DNA of 64,000 nucleotides from Raja brachyura (GCA_963514005.1 OY740791.1:60760001-60824000), one strand, 5' to 3'. Positions 13,833 through 27,745 are shown, numbered from the stretch's first letter. Numbers and translations are program-made. Notes: generated from the sequence alone by a model not told the origin.

Positions 13833-14224
13833 CATGCTAGGCATTGCACATGGGTTAGCTGATCGTATTCCATCGGGGACAGCACTGAGCTTTAAACATT
13901 AAAAAGCAGCCATTCTAAAACACATGGTTTGTTGCTAAAGCCCACCTCTTTGTTATACACATCAACAATCAGATGACGGTGTAGTTAAGATTGTTAGTAA
14001 AATTGCAGATGACACGAAAATTAGCAATATATTAGACAGTGAGGAAGGTTATCTAACTTTACAATACTTAGATAAGATGTAGATCATTTGGGAAAGTGGG
14101 CCATGGAATGGCAAGTAGAATTCAACTAACAAGAGTGAGGTGTGAGGTGTTGCACTATGGTATGTCAAACCAAGGCGGGACTTGAACAGCAAATGATAGT
14201 CCTGAAGTGCTGCAGAACAGAGAG

Positions 14225-16425
14225 ATACATAGATACATAGACATATAGACAATAGGTGCAGGTGTAGGCCATTTGGCCCTTCGGACGCACCGAGCCTTGC
14301 GGCACCCCACTAGTCACTGCCTGCCATTCTGAAAGAGACACATTAATCGCTACTCTTTGTTTCCTGTCTGCCAACCAATATTCTATCCATGTCAATACCC
14401 TACCCCCAATACCATGAGCTCTAATTTTGCCCACTAATCTCCTGTGTAGGACCTTATCAAAGGCTTTCTGAAAATCCAGGTACACTATATCCACTGGCTC
14501 GACTTGTCCATATTACTTGTTACATCCTCAAAAAATTCCAGAAGATTTCTCAAGTATGATTTCCCCTTAGTAAATCCATGCTGACTTGGACCAATCACTT
14601 GTTACTGCTATCCTAATGCACCACTATTACATCTTTGATAATTGACTCCAGCATCTTCCCCACCACTGATGTCAGGCTTTCCGTGCTTTCCCTCTCCCTT
14701 CCTTCTTGAAAAGTGGGATAACATTAGCTACCTTCCAATCCACAGGACTGATTCACAATCAATAGAACATTGGAAAATGATCCCCAATGCATCCACGATT
14801 TCTAGAGCCACCTCCTTGAGTATCCTGGGATGCAGACAATCAGGCCCTGGGGATTTATCAGCCTTCAGTCCAATCAGTCTACCCAACACCATTTCCTGAC
14901 TAATGTGAATTTACTTCAGTTCCTCCATCACCCTCCATCTGTCCTCTAGTACATCTGGGAGATTGTTTGTGTCTTCCTTAGTGAAGACAGAACCAAAGTA
15001 CTTGTTCAACTTGTCTGCCATTTCCTTATTCCCCATAATAAATTCACCTTTTTCTGTCTTCAAGAGACCCACATTTGTCTTAACTAATGTTTGCCCCTTC
15101 GCATACCTGAAGACGCTTATACTATCCTCCTTTATATTCTTGACTAGCTTATCTTCATACTTCTTATTTTCTCCCCATATTGCCTTTTTAGTTACTTTCT
15201 GTTGTTCTTTAAATGTTGCCCAATCCTCTGGCTTCCCACTCATCTTTGCTATGTTATACGTCTTCCCTTGTCAGCCGTGGTCACCTCTTACTCCCCTTAG
15301 AATCTTTCTTCCTCTTTGGAATTAATTGATCCTGCATTTTCTGAATTATTCCCAGAAATACCTGCCATTGTTGTTCCACTGTGATCCCTGCTCGAATCCC
15401 TTTCCAGACAACTTTGCCCAGCTCCTCCCTCATGCCTCTATAGTCCCCTTTGTTCCACTGCAATACTGACACTTCCGATTTTACATCCTCCCTCTCAAAT
15501 TGCAGATTAAAACGTATCATATTATGGTCACTACCTCTGAATGGTTCCTTTCCCTTGCATTCCCTTATCAAATCTGGTTCATTTCATTACACTAAATCAA
15601 GGATTGCCTGCTCCCTGGGAGGCTCCAGTTAAAGCTGCTCTAAGAATCCATCTCGGAGGCACTCCTTTTCTTGGGGTCCAGTACCAACCTGATTTTCCCA
15701 GTCCACCTGCATGTTGAAATCCCCCATAACCACAGCAGCATTACTTTTGTTACACGCCAATTTTAACTCCTGATGCAACTTGCACCCGATCTCCAGGCTA
15801 CTGTTTGGAGCCCTGTAGATATTTCCCATTAGGGTATTTTTACCCTTACAATTTCTCAGTTCTATCCACAATGACTCTACATCTTCTGATTCTATGTCAC
15901 CCCTTGCAGGGAACTGATTTCATTCCTTACCAACAGAGCCACCCCACCCCTTCTGCCCACCTGTCGGCCTTTTCGATAGGACGTATACACCTGAATATTC
16001 AGTTCCCAGCACTTGACACACTTGCAGCCATGTCTCTGTAATTCCCACAACATCATACTCACCAATTCCTAACTGAGCCTCAAGCACATCCACTTTATTT
16101 CTTATACTTCGCGCATTCATATATAACACTTTTAATTTGGTATTCACATCCCGTCTCACATCGTTTCCTCTTTCACCTCTCTTTACTCTCTTGTCCCTTC
16201 TTGAACTTTCCGTCCCATTAATTTGGGTGCAATTCGTAACTTTTCCTGTACTCACTTCCCCTTTAACTCCATCCTTATACTCCCAATTTGTCACCCCCTC
16301 CTCTCTGCTATTTAGTTTAAACTCACCTGTGCAGCACTAGCAAACCTGGCTGTCAGAATGTCGGTCCCATTCCAGTTAAGGTGTAACCCATCCCTTTTGT
16401 ACAGGTCACCCTTACCCCAGAAGAT
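14225..16425 (-). mobile_element. Decayed CR1 LINE ORF2 (APE endonuclease plus N-terminal RT) with internal deletions
   Basis: LKVLYMNARSIRNK..VGITETWL, GNIYRAPN, VMGDFN, SDHN, DIVYLDFQKAFDKV and VPQGSV across frameshifted ORFs. Confidence 0.92.
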
Positions 16426-16429
16426 CTGG

Positions 16430-17070
16430 CTACACAGTTCCCTCAAAGGTGGACAGTGAGATGAAGTGGATATTTGGTCAGGTGGACGGTGAGGTGATGA
16501 AGATATTTGGCATGCTTGTCTTCATTGGGAAGGGTATTGAGTACAGAAGTTGAGACTTCATAATGCAGCAATATAAGTCATTGGATCACACGTGGAGGAC
16601 TGTGTGCAGTTCTGGTCACCTAGCTATAGGAAGGATGTCATTAAGTTGGAAAGAGTGCAAAAGAGATCAATCAAGATGTTAACTGGGCTTGCAGGCTTGA
16701 ATTATAAGGAAAGGTTGGATAGGCTGGGACAGTTTTCTTTGGGGTGTAGGGGGCTGAGGGCTGACCTCATTGGGATGTACAAGATCATGAGGGACATCGA
16801 TAAGGTAAACATTCACAGTCTTTTTTCACCAGGGAAGAGAATTCAAGAACTGGAGGGCATAGGCTTAAGGTGAGAGCAATGAGATTTAAGAGGGACGTCA
16901 GGGCAGCTTTGTCATGCAGAGGGCAATCTGTATCTGGAATGAGCTGTCAGAGGATGTTAAAGAAGCAAATACAATTACACGTTTTAAAATAGATGTGGAC
17001 ACATATATAGATGGGAAGGGTTTAGAGGGATGTGGGTCAAATGCAAGCAAATGGGACTAGTTTAGTTTAG
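16430..17070 (+). mobile_element. Older CR1 LINE 3' part
   Basis: ORF 16592..16873 CVQFWSPSYRKDVIKLERVQKR. Confidence 0.85.
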
Positions 17071-18924
17071 TTACTTCTCTAACTTCAGATAGGCCTGGCC
17101 TCTCTCTCCATCCTCTCCACTTCCCAATTCTCCCACCAGTCTTACTGTCTCCATCTACATTCTATCTTTGTCCCGCCTCCTCCCTTGACATCAGTCTGAA
17201 CAAAGGGTCTCGACCCGAAACGTCATCCATTCCTTCTCTCCAGAGATGCTGCCTGACCCGCTGAGTTACTCCAGCATTTTGCGTCTACCACTAGTTTAGT
17301 TTAGTTTATCATCATTGTCGCGTGAACCAAGGTACTGTGAAAAGCTTTTGTTGCTTGCTATCCAGTCAAAGAAAAGGCTAGACCTGATTACAATCAAGCC
17401 GTCCACAGTGTACAGATAAAGGATAAAGTGTATCACATTAAACATCAGCCCAAATGCCAACTTGGTTGGCATGGACAAGGTGACCTATAGGGCCTGTTTC
17501 TGAGTTACACTGCTGGATGACACCATCTATACCGAGTCCAAGTGAGACCAAGTGAGTTTATTGTCTTGTGTCCCTGATAGGACAAGGAAATTCGTGCTTT
17601 GCTTCGACACACTGAACTTAGAAAAATAACCATATTTTTGTGATTGACCCAAAAAACATGACATTCATCAGCCCAAACTACTGAACTTTGTAGATGACGT
17701 TCTCAAGCAACAGCTTATTTCCCAAAAGAATATAGGTTAGGTTTTTGACATTCAAATAACATAGATATTGCTTTCACCGCAGTCGGGCTATTATATCCAT
17801 GCTACTTACAACTGAATTCAAATTCTCAATATGTGGGATTGCAATCATCTTTAAATCCTTGGCTCAGGGACATATCCTTCAGCACTCCAATCACTTTTAA
17901 GTGGCAAAGTGCACAGCTTAAAAAAGGGACAGTTTTGTTGTGCATTTCTGCGTGTTCTTGTGCAGCTGTTCATGACTCCTCGGTGCTCTGTTCTTCTCCC
18001 ACATCACAAAGATATGCGGCACTGTAGATTACCATGTCTATTGTAGATCATCAGTCCAAAGAAGGGTCTCGAACCGAAACATCACCCATTCCTTCTCTCC
18101 AGTGATGCTGCCTGACCCGCTGAGTTACTCCAGCATTTTGTGTCTACCTTTGATTTAAACCAGCATCCGCAGGACTTTCCTGGTGAAGTTACATAGCAGG
18201 AGAATTGGGGGAAGTTGATGGGATGTGGGCGAGACGAGATTGCAGGGAAAATAAGTGGGAGGAATGGCACTGATGGGAGTGCTCCAAGAGCCAGCAGAGA
18301 TTCGATGGGACAAATATAATCCCTTTTGCAACACAAGTTTAATATAAAATATGAAAGTAGGAGCAAAGGTGAATGAGTGAAACATTACACTGTGACATAA
18401 TGGATTTAATTACCTCCTAAGCTATTCCAAACACTCCTTCAATTATGTAATTCAAGTAGTTTGTTGCTTCTCAAGATTAAATTAAACAAACCAGCTCCCT
18501 GTTGTCAGATAAAACACGCAGCTAGGTAATTAAGATCAGGTATTTCATTGTGTTAATTCACTGATTGCCAGTTGGAACTTCAACAGAATAATAATATGCT
18601 AAGTTATGCAGATAGCAAGAATAAACACACTGCACAATCCTGGTTTATTAGGTCTAGAAACATTCTGTCAATTCACATGAAGGTTAGTTAGGGATGATTT
18701 GTCTCCATTGTAAGCATGGAAAGTCTGTCAGCCACGAATAGATCAAAGCTCTAAGGGACTAAATATTTTTTCCCTACCATTGCTGGCTCTTTCTCAGACT
18801 GGCGTCAATTAACCTCAGCTACTTTCAAATGCCTCAATCAAGTGGCCTCCTCCTTCCACCACATCGCCAGCCTGCAGATTGGTTGGATTGATCTCATACG
18901 AGAACTCTTTCTCCACGATAGAAT

Positions 18925-19430
18925 TCATAGAAACATAGAAATTAGGTGCAGGAGTAGGCCATTCGGCCCTTCGAGCCTGCACTGCCATTCAATATGATCA
19001 TGGCTGATCATCCAACTCAGTATCCCGTACCTGCCTTCTCTCCATACCTTCTGATCCCCTTAGCCACAAGGGCCACATCTAACTCCCTCTTAAATATGGC
19101 CAATGAACTGGCCTCAACTAGCCTCTGTGGCAGAGAGTTCCAGAGACCCACCACTCTCTGTGTGAAAAAAGTCCTTCTCATCTCGGTCCTAAAGGATTTC
19201 CCCCTTATCCTTAAGCTGTGACCCCTTGTCCTGGACCTCCCCAACATCGGGAACAATCTTCCTGCATCTAGCCTGTCCAACCACTTAAGAATTTTGTAAG
19301 TTTCTATAAGATCCCCTCTCAATCTCCTAAATTCTAGAGAGTATACACCGAGTCTATGCAGTCTTTGTTCATAAGACAGTCCTGTCATCCCAGGAATCAG
19401 TCTGGTGAACCTTCTCTGCACTTCCTCTTA
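18925..19430 (-). mobile_element. Young CR1/HER1 LINE 3' end
   Basis: ORF 19017..19421; same subfamily as 8959-9452 and 40795-41090. Confidence 0.9.
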
Positions 19431-20615
19431 ATTTGTTAGGGACAGCCTGGCAATGAGGGAAATTAGTTTAGTTTACAAATAAGAGGAGTAGAATGAGGCC
19501 ATTCGGCCCATTAAGTCCACTCCGCCATTCAATCATGGCTGATCTCTGCCTGCTAATCCCATTTTCCTGCCTTCTCCCCATAATCCTTGACCCCCGTTTA
19601 GTTTAGAGATATTGCAAAGAAAGAGGCCCCTTGGCCCACCGAGTCCACACTAACCATTAATCACCTTACATAGTTACATAATTCACACGAATTCTATGTC
19701 AACCCACTTTCACAAACATTATTTACACATTAGTGCCATTTTGTTTTAAAGAGGCCAATTAATCGATCAACCTGCACGTCTTTGGGATTTGGGAGAAAAC
19801 TGGTAGAGTGCTTGGTAGAAATCCACCAGGTCACAGGGAATACTCGCTAACTCCATGCAGACAGCACCCTGGGGCAGGATCGAACCCGGGCCACTCCAGC
19901 TCTCCCAGCAGGGCCACTGTGCCACCTAATGTATGCCTCCGTGTTGCCCCCTACCTAACTGAGGGTGTATTGGTTTGGCTGATCAGCACCATCACATTCT
20001 GGATGATGCCGACACATCATAAGCTCACCAGGACAGCAATGGGCTTTGATAATTAGGAAAAAGTCACTCCTAAACTTACAGGTTCCCAGCCACATCCTAA
20101 AGCAGAAACCTTGCAATTGAATACAAGTTCGCAAATGATGAATACCTTGGTTTTGATTATGAACTTTACCCTCTTTTGAAGAGCGGTGCAAGGTGATCCT
20201 GACCTCTTCTATCCCTGTCCAAGTAGGATATTGGAAACCCAACCATATATTCTCAACAGGATAATAACTCTTAAAAATAGCGGAGTCAGGGGATATGGGG
20301 AGAAGGCAGGAACGGGGTACTGATTGGGGATGATCAGCCATGATCACATTGAATGGCGGTGCTGGCTCGAAGGGCTGAATGGCCTACCACTGCACTTATT
20401 GTCTATTATCTATTGATAATAAAGGGTATTTACTAGAACTTATGTTTAAGGTGAGGGGGCGAAAAATGGAATAGGAACCTGAGGGGTAACTTTTTCACAC
20501 AGAGGGTGGTGTGTGTATGAAATGAGCTGCCGGAGGACATAGTTGAGGCAGGTAGTATTGCAATGTTTAAGAAACATTTGGACAGGTACATAGACAGGAC
20601 AGGTTTAGAATGATA

Positions 20616-21766
20616 ATTGACTAAATGGGACCTGTTGGGCCCCAGTCACACGGGAGTCTTGGTCCCCCCAACTCAACCCGTTCCTCAATGCAATATTCCA
20701 CCACTCACCCGTTCCCCCAATGCAATATTCCACCACTCACCCATAGCCCCTAACTGCGCAGGTGTGCCTCATTTCCCCTCATCCCCGAGCACTCCCTCCC
20801 CCTCCTCTTCATGTGTGGGAGGGGAGGAGGGGAGGGGGAGGGAATTGGGGTGTGTGGCGGTAGGGAGGGGTGGGGGTGTGCGCTGGGGAGGGGGGTGTGG
20901 GCGGGGGGGCAGAGTGTCTGTGGATGGGGGGGTTGTGGGGGAAGGGGTGGTGTGGGCGGATGGGGGGAGTTGTAGGGGGAGGGGGAGTATGGGCGGGGGG
21001 GAGTTGTGGCAGTAGAGGGGTGTGTAGGCAGGGGGAGTTATGGGGGGGAGGGGTGTGAGGGCGGGGGTGGGGGGAAGTGAGCTTGGAAAAAAGACAGGGA
21101 AGAGCCATGGATCAGAGGGGGGTATCACGGGGGAGGGGGGGAGGAGCCAGTGAGGGGAACCAGAGGGGTAGTGGCTGGAATTAGCGATGCGATGGGGATT
21201 CACAGTGGGCGCTGGTCCTTCACCTCCACCGGGATCAGTCTCCACTTTCCGTTTGACGACATTGGCGACATCTCCGACTCCGGGCTGGGCTGGGTCTCCG
21301 ACACTGGACTGGGCTGGGTCTCCCACACTGGGCTGGGCTTGCTTGGGGCTGGGCTGCTTGGGTCTGGGCTGCTTGGGGCTGGGCTGCTTGGGGCTGGGCT
21401 GCTTGGGTTTGGGCAGCTTGGGGCTGGGCTGCTTGGGGCTGGGCTGCTCCAGTAAAGACGCGATGGCGCAGGAAGGGGCAGACCGTCCCGTTGAGTGACA
21501 GGGGAAGAGACTAATCCGTACGGCCCTGAACGGCAGAAGAGATCGATCTGCGCATGTGCAGTTTTTAAGATTTTTTAAACCTCGCTAACTTTTAAGCCAT
21601 TCAACCGATCTGAACGAAACTTTGTGAGATCATGCAGCACAGGAGAACGGTGAGTGAACTGGCGAATAATCGTAGCGCTATCGCGAACCGTTTTTGCGCA
21701 AATAGAAAGACCGCACAAACCGGAAGATAACAAGATCAGAGTTTTAGTAATGCATAGATAGATAGA
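20616..21766 (-). mobile_element. Non-autonomous Helitron-like element with G-rich interior
   Basis: Splits a CR1 tail exactly at GATA|TGGG with no TSD; minus-strand 5' TC; GC hairpin ~11 nt from the 3' end; ends shared with 56191-57172; 3' CTRR degenerate. Confidence 0.72.
21283..21450. repeat. Minisatellite, 15-bp unit GGGCTGCTTGGGGCT (~7 copies) preceded by ~21-bp units
   Basis: Direct reading; produces the spurious LGLGC/LLGAG repeats in the ORF track. Confidence 0.9.
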
Positions 21767-23470
21767 TGGGGCAAACACAGGCAGGCGGGACTAGTGTAGA
21801 TGGGACATGTTTGTTGGTGTGGGCAAGTAAGGCCTGTTTCCATACTGTATGACTCTATAATGTGGGGAGCTGACAGGTGAAAAGTTGGATTGCACCTGTC
21901 TAGGATTGGTATGGATTTGATGGGCTGAAATGCCCTCTGTCTGAACTAAAATCATTTGGTGACTTCTACTCCCTACTGCATTGAAGTATCAGAAAGATAC
22001 ATTTAGGAGCAGTGTGATAAAATATCACCTTAGGACAACTTGCAGAATGTTTCAATGCTAGTATGTGTTAGCCAGCAAGAGTATTGATACAAAGCCATGT
22101 GTACATTGCAGTTTTGACTGTCAACTCTCATTAACATGAGGATTTGTCGTTTGGTCTCAGGTGTTCAATTATTCCATCAATGATCATCTGGCAAGTCCTC
22201 ACCAAACCTTCCCACACAAATGGAAAGCAAATGGTATTTTTCCAATGTAATTATATTTCTGTTACTAAACACTAATTTCCCCATGTGTCACATTTTTATG
22301 ATTAATGTACAAAACTTTCAAATAAAATGAATTTTAAAAAAAACATGAGTGATATTTTTTCCGTTTTATTTACAGTGGTAACTTTACATTTCCTTACAAC
22401 ATTAGAGGAGGCCATTCAGCCATTTGAGTCTATGTCAGCTTTCAGAGCAATCCCATCAGTACCATTCTCCACTGCAACCTATCCCCTTTCCAATTCCCCT
22501 TGCCAACCCCCCTCTACCCCCCCCATCACCACCAATTATTTTACCACTCACGTACACCAGGTGAAATCTACCTTGGCCAAGCCACACACCTTTGGGATGT
22601 GGATGCAAGCTAGAGCACTGGGAGGTAAACAGCTGATCACAGTGAGACTGTACAAAGCCCACAAAGATAGCACCCAAGGTCAGTATTGAACCTGGGTCGC
22701 TGGAGTTAAGTGACCCCATATAAATCCTTAAAGATTCAAGTCAATCCTGAAGCATTCACATCTCCAATGGGCCCCCCACCCTCTCCATGTCACTGAATAC
22801 CATGTCAGAATTAATATTGAGTAATAATAATAATAATAATAGTCATAGAGCTGTACATCATGGAAACAGGCTATTCGGCCCAACCAGTCCATACTGAAAA
22901 AGTTACCAATCAGAGCTACTCGCATTTTGCCATGTTTGGCCCATTAGTCTAAACCTTTTCTATCTGTGCATCTGTCCATTTGCCTTTTCAATATTGTAAT
23001 TGAACCCACGTCTGCCTTTTCCTCAGCTCACTCCACATACCCACCTCAGATTGCTCCTCAGATTCTCTTTAAATCATTCCCCTCGCACTAATGTATGACT
23101 TCTAATGTTAGATACATGCCATTGAGTTTCAGAAAAATGCTCTCCACTTTTACATCTGCCAGGCCCGACTGCCGGCAATGTGAACTCGATTAATGAGTTG
23201 CAGGTGTCAATAAACGTCAAAGTGGCTGCGCGTTCACAAAGGCAGATTGAGGGTTGGGCGGACGGTAGTGAGGGTTGAAACAGCAAATAGGCAATAGTGA
23301 TAGAGGTTATGGCCAGCTGGTTGCAGTCTGGACGCTGAGGTGCACTGTCTTAGTGAGGACCAGCATTGCCCAGTTTACAGACAAAAACTGTCTGCTCATA
23401 CTTTAACCGTCCATCTTGTGAGTCTAAAGATAACAACTAATGAACCAATGAAACAACTTTCTTTTCCAAA

Positions 23471-23706
23471 CGATAGACACAAAGTTGTGGAGTAACTAAC
23501 TCAGCAGGACAGGCTGTATCTCTGGAGAGAAGGCATGGGTGACCATTCAGATTGGGACCCTTCTTCTAACACCACCCATTCCTTCTCTCTCTAGATGCTG
23601 CCTGTCCTGCTGAGTTACTCCAGCATTTTGTGTTTATCTTTAGGAAAAGAAGGTTGTTTCATTTGTTGGTTCTTCACTTTAAACCAGCTCTGCAGTTCCT
23701 TCCAAT
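23471..23706. mobile_element. Penelope-associated fold-back element
   Basis: Inverted arms plus tail; TSD ACAAC[T/C]TTCTTTTCC at ~23453-23467 and 23707-23721. Confidence 0.75.
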
Positions 23707-24753
23707 ACAACCTTCTTTTCCTGTTGAGAAAGCCGCTGTAATTAGATCCCTTCCTATCAGTGGAACATACTTTTGGATATGTTTGCCATTAAACTCAATA
23801 TATATCTTCTGAATTGAGTTCTTATGGAGGGCTACTAATTACAACAAAGAGCATTCCCCTTCTTTAAAGAAGTTATGCAAATTAACCTGGTCAATCTGAC
23901 AATCCCAATTAATGTTCTCACTCTCTACCAAACAGAACCTAATAAGCGGCCCAAATCTTTCCAGTAGGATATTGAATCTTTTATAGGGCTGCTCTTTGAT
24001 ATCCCTTCCCCTCCCCTCTTCTCCTGGCACATTACTTCTCCTTCGCCCATAGTCATACAGCATAGAAATTGGCCTTTAGCCCACTAAGTATACACTGACC
24101 ATGTCTGTAGCTTCAGTTTACCAGTTTATCAGTGGATATCTTTAAGGCAGAGGTAGATAGATTTTTGATTAGTATGGGTGTCAGGGGTTAATGGGAGAAG
24201 GCAGGAGAATGGGGTTAGGAGGGAGAGATAGATCACCCAAGATTGAAAGGCAGAGTAGACATGATGGGCCGAACGGCCTAATTCTGCTTCGATCACATGA
24301 ATTATGACCTTATGATCTTATCTCCGCTTTTCAAAATCAAAATACTCTTGTACCATATGAATGGCAGATAATACTTTCTGTGTATAATATCTGATTCAGG
24401 TGTCACAGCAAACCCTATAGAACTTGCAACATGCATTATACATTAACACTCTATTCTGTTCTGAAGCAAAACACCCATTTTGATTTTGCATTGTGCCTCA
24501 AATATAAAATGTCCTGACACGCTGCACAGGAGTAATCAGACAAAGAGCATCACTGAACAAAAGAAGGAGAAATTGGGGCAGCTTGTGATCTCAAGGTCGA
24601 TCACAGAGACAGAACAAGGAAGCATTGTAAAGAAGCAAAGCTTCTGGAGGAAATTGCAGCTCCAGCAGAGCTGCCAAGGGTAGTACAAAGAGAGGGAATT
24701 GGCAGAGTGAAGGTACCATGCAGAGAAGCTGCCGATTTGCTCAGTGAACGTAC

Positions 24754-24910
24754 CAGCAGGTTGACAGTGCAGCTCATGCGGTTTCCTCTGCTCTCGTCAC
24801 TCAACACCAGTCTGTAGTCCAATAGTTTCTCCAAGAGGCCCTTGACCAGGTTGACAAAGTGTTGCACTGACTTTTCAATGTTCGGATGTTTTGAAGCATG
24901 GTCTAGAAGG
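24754..24910 (-). CDS. DOCK2: DOCK2 coding exon (157 nt): [52 protein letters not shown]
   Basis: ccag|C CTT CTA...CTG CTG|gtacgt; overlaps track ORF 24601..24867; [16 protein letters not shown] fits DOCK2 better than DOCK1/5. Confidence 0.96.
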
Positions 24911-25439
24911 CTGGATCAGAGATTATAAAGTCAAAAAATATAAAAACAGGCACTTCAGACCACCGAGTATGCTCTGATCATTCAACACCTCTTTCAACCA
25001 AAACCCATGCTCATGACATTTTGTCCTTCTCCACATTCCCATCAACTCCCTCCAGATTCCATCACTCACCTACATACTGAACGGGGTACTGTTTGGGGAT
25101 GATCAGCCATGGTCACATTGAATGGCGGTGCTGGCTCGAAGGGCCGAATGGCCCACTCCTGCGCCTATTGTCTCTTGTCTATACTAACACTGATTCACAA
25201 TGAACCAATTAATCCACCAACATGCACATCTTTGGTTAGACACAAAAAGCTGGAGTAACTCAGGACAGGACAGGCAGCATCTCTGAAGAGAAGAATGGCT
25301 GACGTTTTGAGTCGAGACCCTTCTTTTATCTTTGGGACAGTGGAAGGCAAACAGAGCACCCACAGGAAACCCACATGACGAATTATAAAGCCACACAGAA
25401 AGCACCAGTGGTCAGGAATGAACCTTAAGTTACTGAGGT

Positions 25440-27234
25440 TCTCTAATATTTTACTTAAGAAATTAAATAACTTAATTAAATTCTGGAAAAAGCTTCCGAT
25501 GTATTTAATAGGTCGAATAAATGCTATAAAAATGATTTTTCTACCACAAATGGTATACCTATTCCAATCAATTCCCATATACCTACCAAAAAAGTGTTTT
25601 TTTAAATTGGATTCAGACATTAAAAATTTTATATGGGATTATAAATCCCATAGAATACAAAGAACAAAGCAGTAGGTGGATTAGCACTCCCTAACTTTAT
25701 GTACTATTATTAGTCAGTAAATATTAAAAATATGATTCAACTGCTGGACGATTCTGCCTAGCAGGTGGATTGGATTATTATGGAAAGAGAGGACTGCTCC
25801 CCTTGTAATATTGGAGCGATCCTCCACTCACCAATGCAGTTAATTAACACAAACTATAACAAAAACCCAATTATACATAGTACAATTAGAACTTGGAAAC
25901 AAATAAAACATAATTAAAAATTAAGAAATCTATCTCTCTTATCTCCAATAGTTAATAACCCTTCGTTTAAACCATTATAGACAAATAATTTATACAATGG
26001 GAAAGAATAAGAATTAAAACGCTCGGAGACTTGTATGAAACTGGAAAATTACTATAATTCAAACAATTACAATTAAAATATAATCTGGGAAACAATCATA
26101 TTTTAAATATTTTCAAATATGTGATTATCTGAAAAAATATACACAAGATTATTACAACATGCCATTAGATTTACTGGATGAAGCAATGAAGACAAAGGCC
26201 GAATCAGCAAATTTAATATCATACTTATATAATATTATTTAAAATGTAGAAATACCAACAACCAAAGGTATTAGAGGAGACTGGGAACAAGAATTAGCTA
26301 TTAAAATTTGAAAGAGAGTTGGGATGAACATTTATTAAATGTGCACAAATGTTCAATTAATGTAAGACACACTTTAATCCAATTTAAAATTTTACACAGA
26401 TTATACTATTCAAAAACCAAAATAAGTAAACTTTTTCCCAATGTATCACCTATCTGTGATAGATGCCAGTCTCAAGAAGCTACTATAGCGCATTCATTTG
26501 TTTTTTGTATAAAAATTCAAAGATTTTGGGCTGAAATCTTTGAAATCTTTACAAAATTATTTAAAATAAAACTGATACCAAAAACAGAATGGATTATCTT
26601 TGGAACAATGGAAGGTCGCCCTGAACTAAATGTGTTTCAAAAGAACCTATTTGAATATGGGTTAATAACTGGAAAAAAGCTTATTTTAAAATTTTGGTAA
26701 AACGCTCCTATACCAACAATAAACATGTGGACTTCAACTATGTTTGAAACACTACACCTGGAAGATATGAGACTCCACCTGGCAGGAAAATCAGATCGCT
26801 TTTATAGGACGTGGTCTTCATTCATAGAATTACTACAAGGATAAGGTGCAATAGCACTTTAAAAAGGCACCGGTGTCAGGTCTTGGTAAAGGGGGATGAA
26901 AAGTGTCAAGTTGGTATATCCCTTTTGTGTGATGTTTATAATAGAGCAACTGTCTTTCCTTTTTTCTTCTTTCTCTTTCTTCTTTTCTAGGGTCTATCTC
27001 TTAATTTCTTTTCTCTAATTCCTCGACTAAGGGGTCTTTCTTCTTTCCTTTTGTCACGCTTCTACACTTTCACTATTCTCTCTCACTTTCTCTATTTTCT
27101 CAATTTCTATCCTTTTTTAATAGCTTTAAAAAATGAAGGGGTACAATAAATGTAATAATATATACGGGACGTGTATTAATGTAATTTACTGTACTAATAA
27201 ATAAAAATGTAATTTAAAAAAAAAGAAAAAAAAA
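25440..27234 (+). mobile_element. 5'-truncated, decayed L1-clade LINE (ORF2 C-terminus, 3' UTR, poly-A)
   Basis: GRINAIKMIFLPQMVYLFQSIPI, NFIW, GGLALPNF, QFKILHRLY, CDRC..H...C knuckle; AATAAA at 27196; A-tail 27216-27234. Confidence 0.9.
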
Positions 27235-27745
27235 GAGGGATAAGTCTGGATACCACCCAAGAACTATAAACAATTGTCCAAGAACCAAATGTGCAAAGCC
27301 TGCATCTGAATGAGAAACCCAGGAAGTTATTGCAAGGCTAGCTCTTCATCACTATTGACTTTGCCATGGAGTATGACTGGTTAATAAAGTCAAAATAAGT
27401 TGATAAACCGCCATAACAAATAACTGATAATTGCCCCAATTCCTAATATGTGCACCATTGAAGCCTGGCGTTTGCCTGGACAGTAAACATAACAATGTTT
27501 TTCACTGTATCTTGGTACTCATGGCAATAATAAACCATTTGCTGGATCAGCTTTACAATTTAAATTAAGAACCATTCTGAACCAGAGAAGCAGAGCGTGA
27601 AGCAAAGGTTCCTGGATTGTGACAAGCTCAGCATTGTTAGCTGCTGAACCATTATTTCTCAGCCCCTTGCCATTAAGTTTGATACACGTGTATGTGTCTT
27701 TCTCTATGCTAGTTAGGTGAAATTTCTAAATGAATAAAATCTTAC

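Noticed and set aside
20617-21498. Pro/Gly-rich ORFs of up to 185 aa, including LGLGC repeats
   Set aside because: By-products of G-rich low-complexity DNA and a 15-bp minisatellite inside a Helitron-like element; open in several frames on both strands
24601-24753. C-terminal part of track ORF 24601..24867
   Set aside because: Read-through past the GT donor at 24753; intronic
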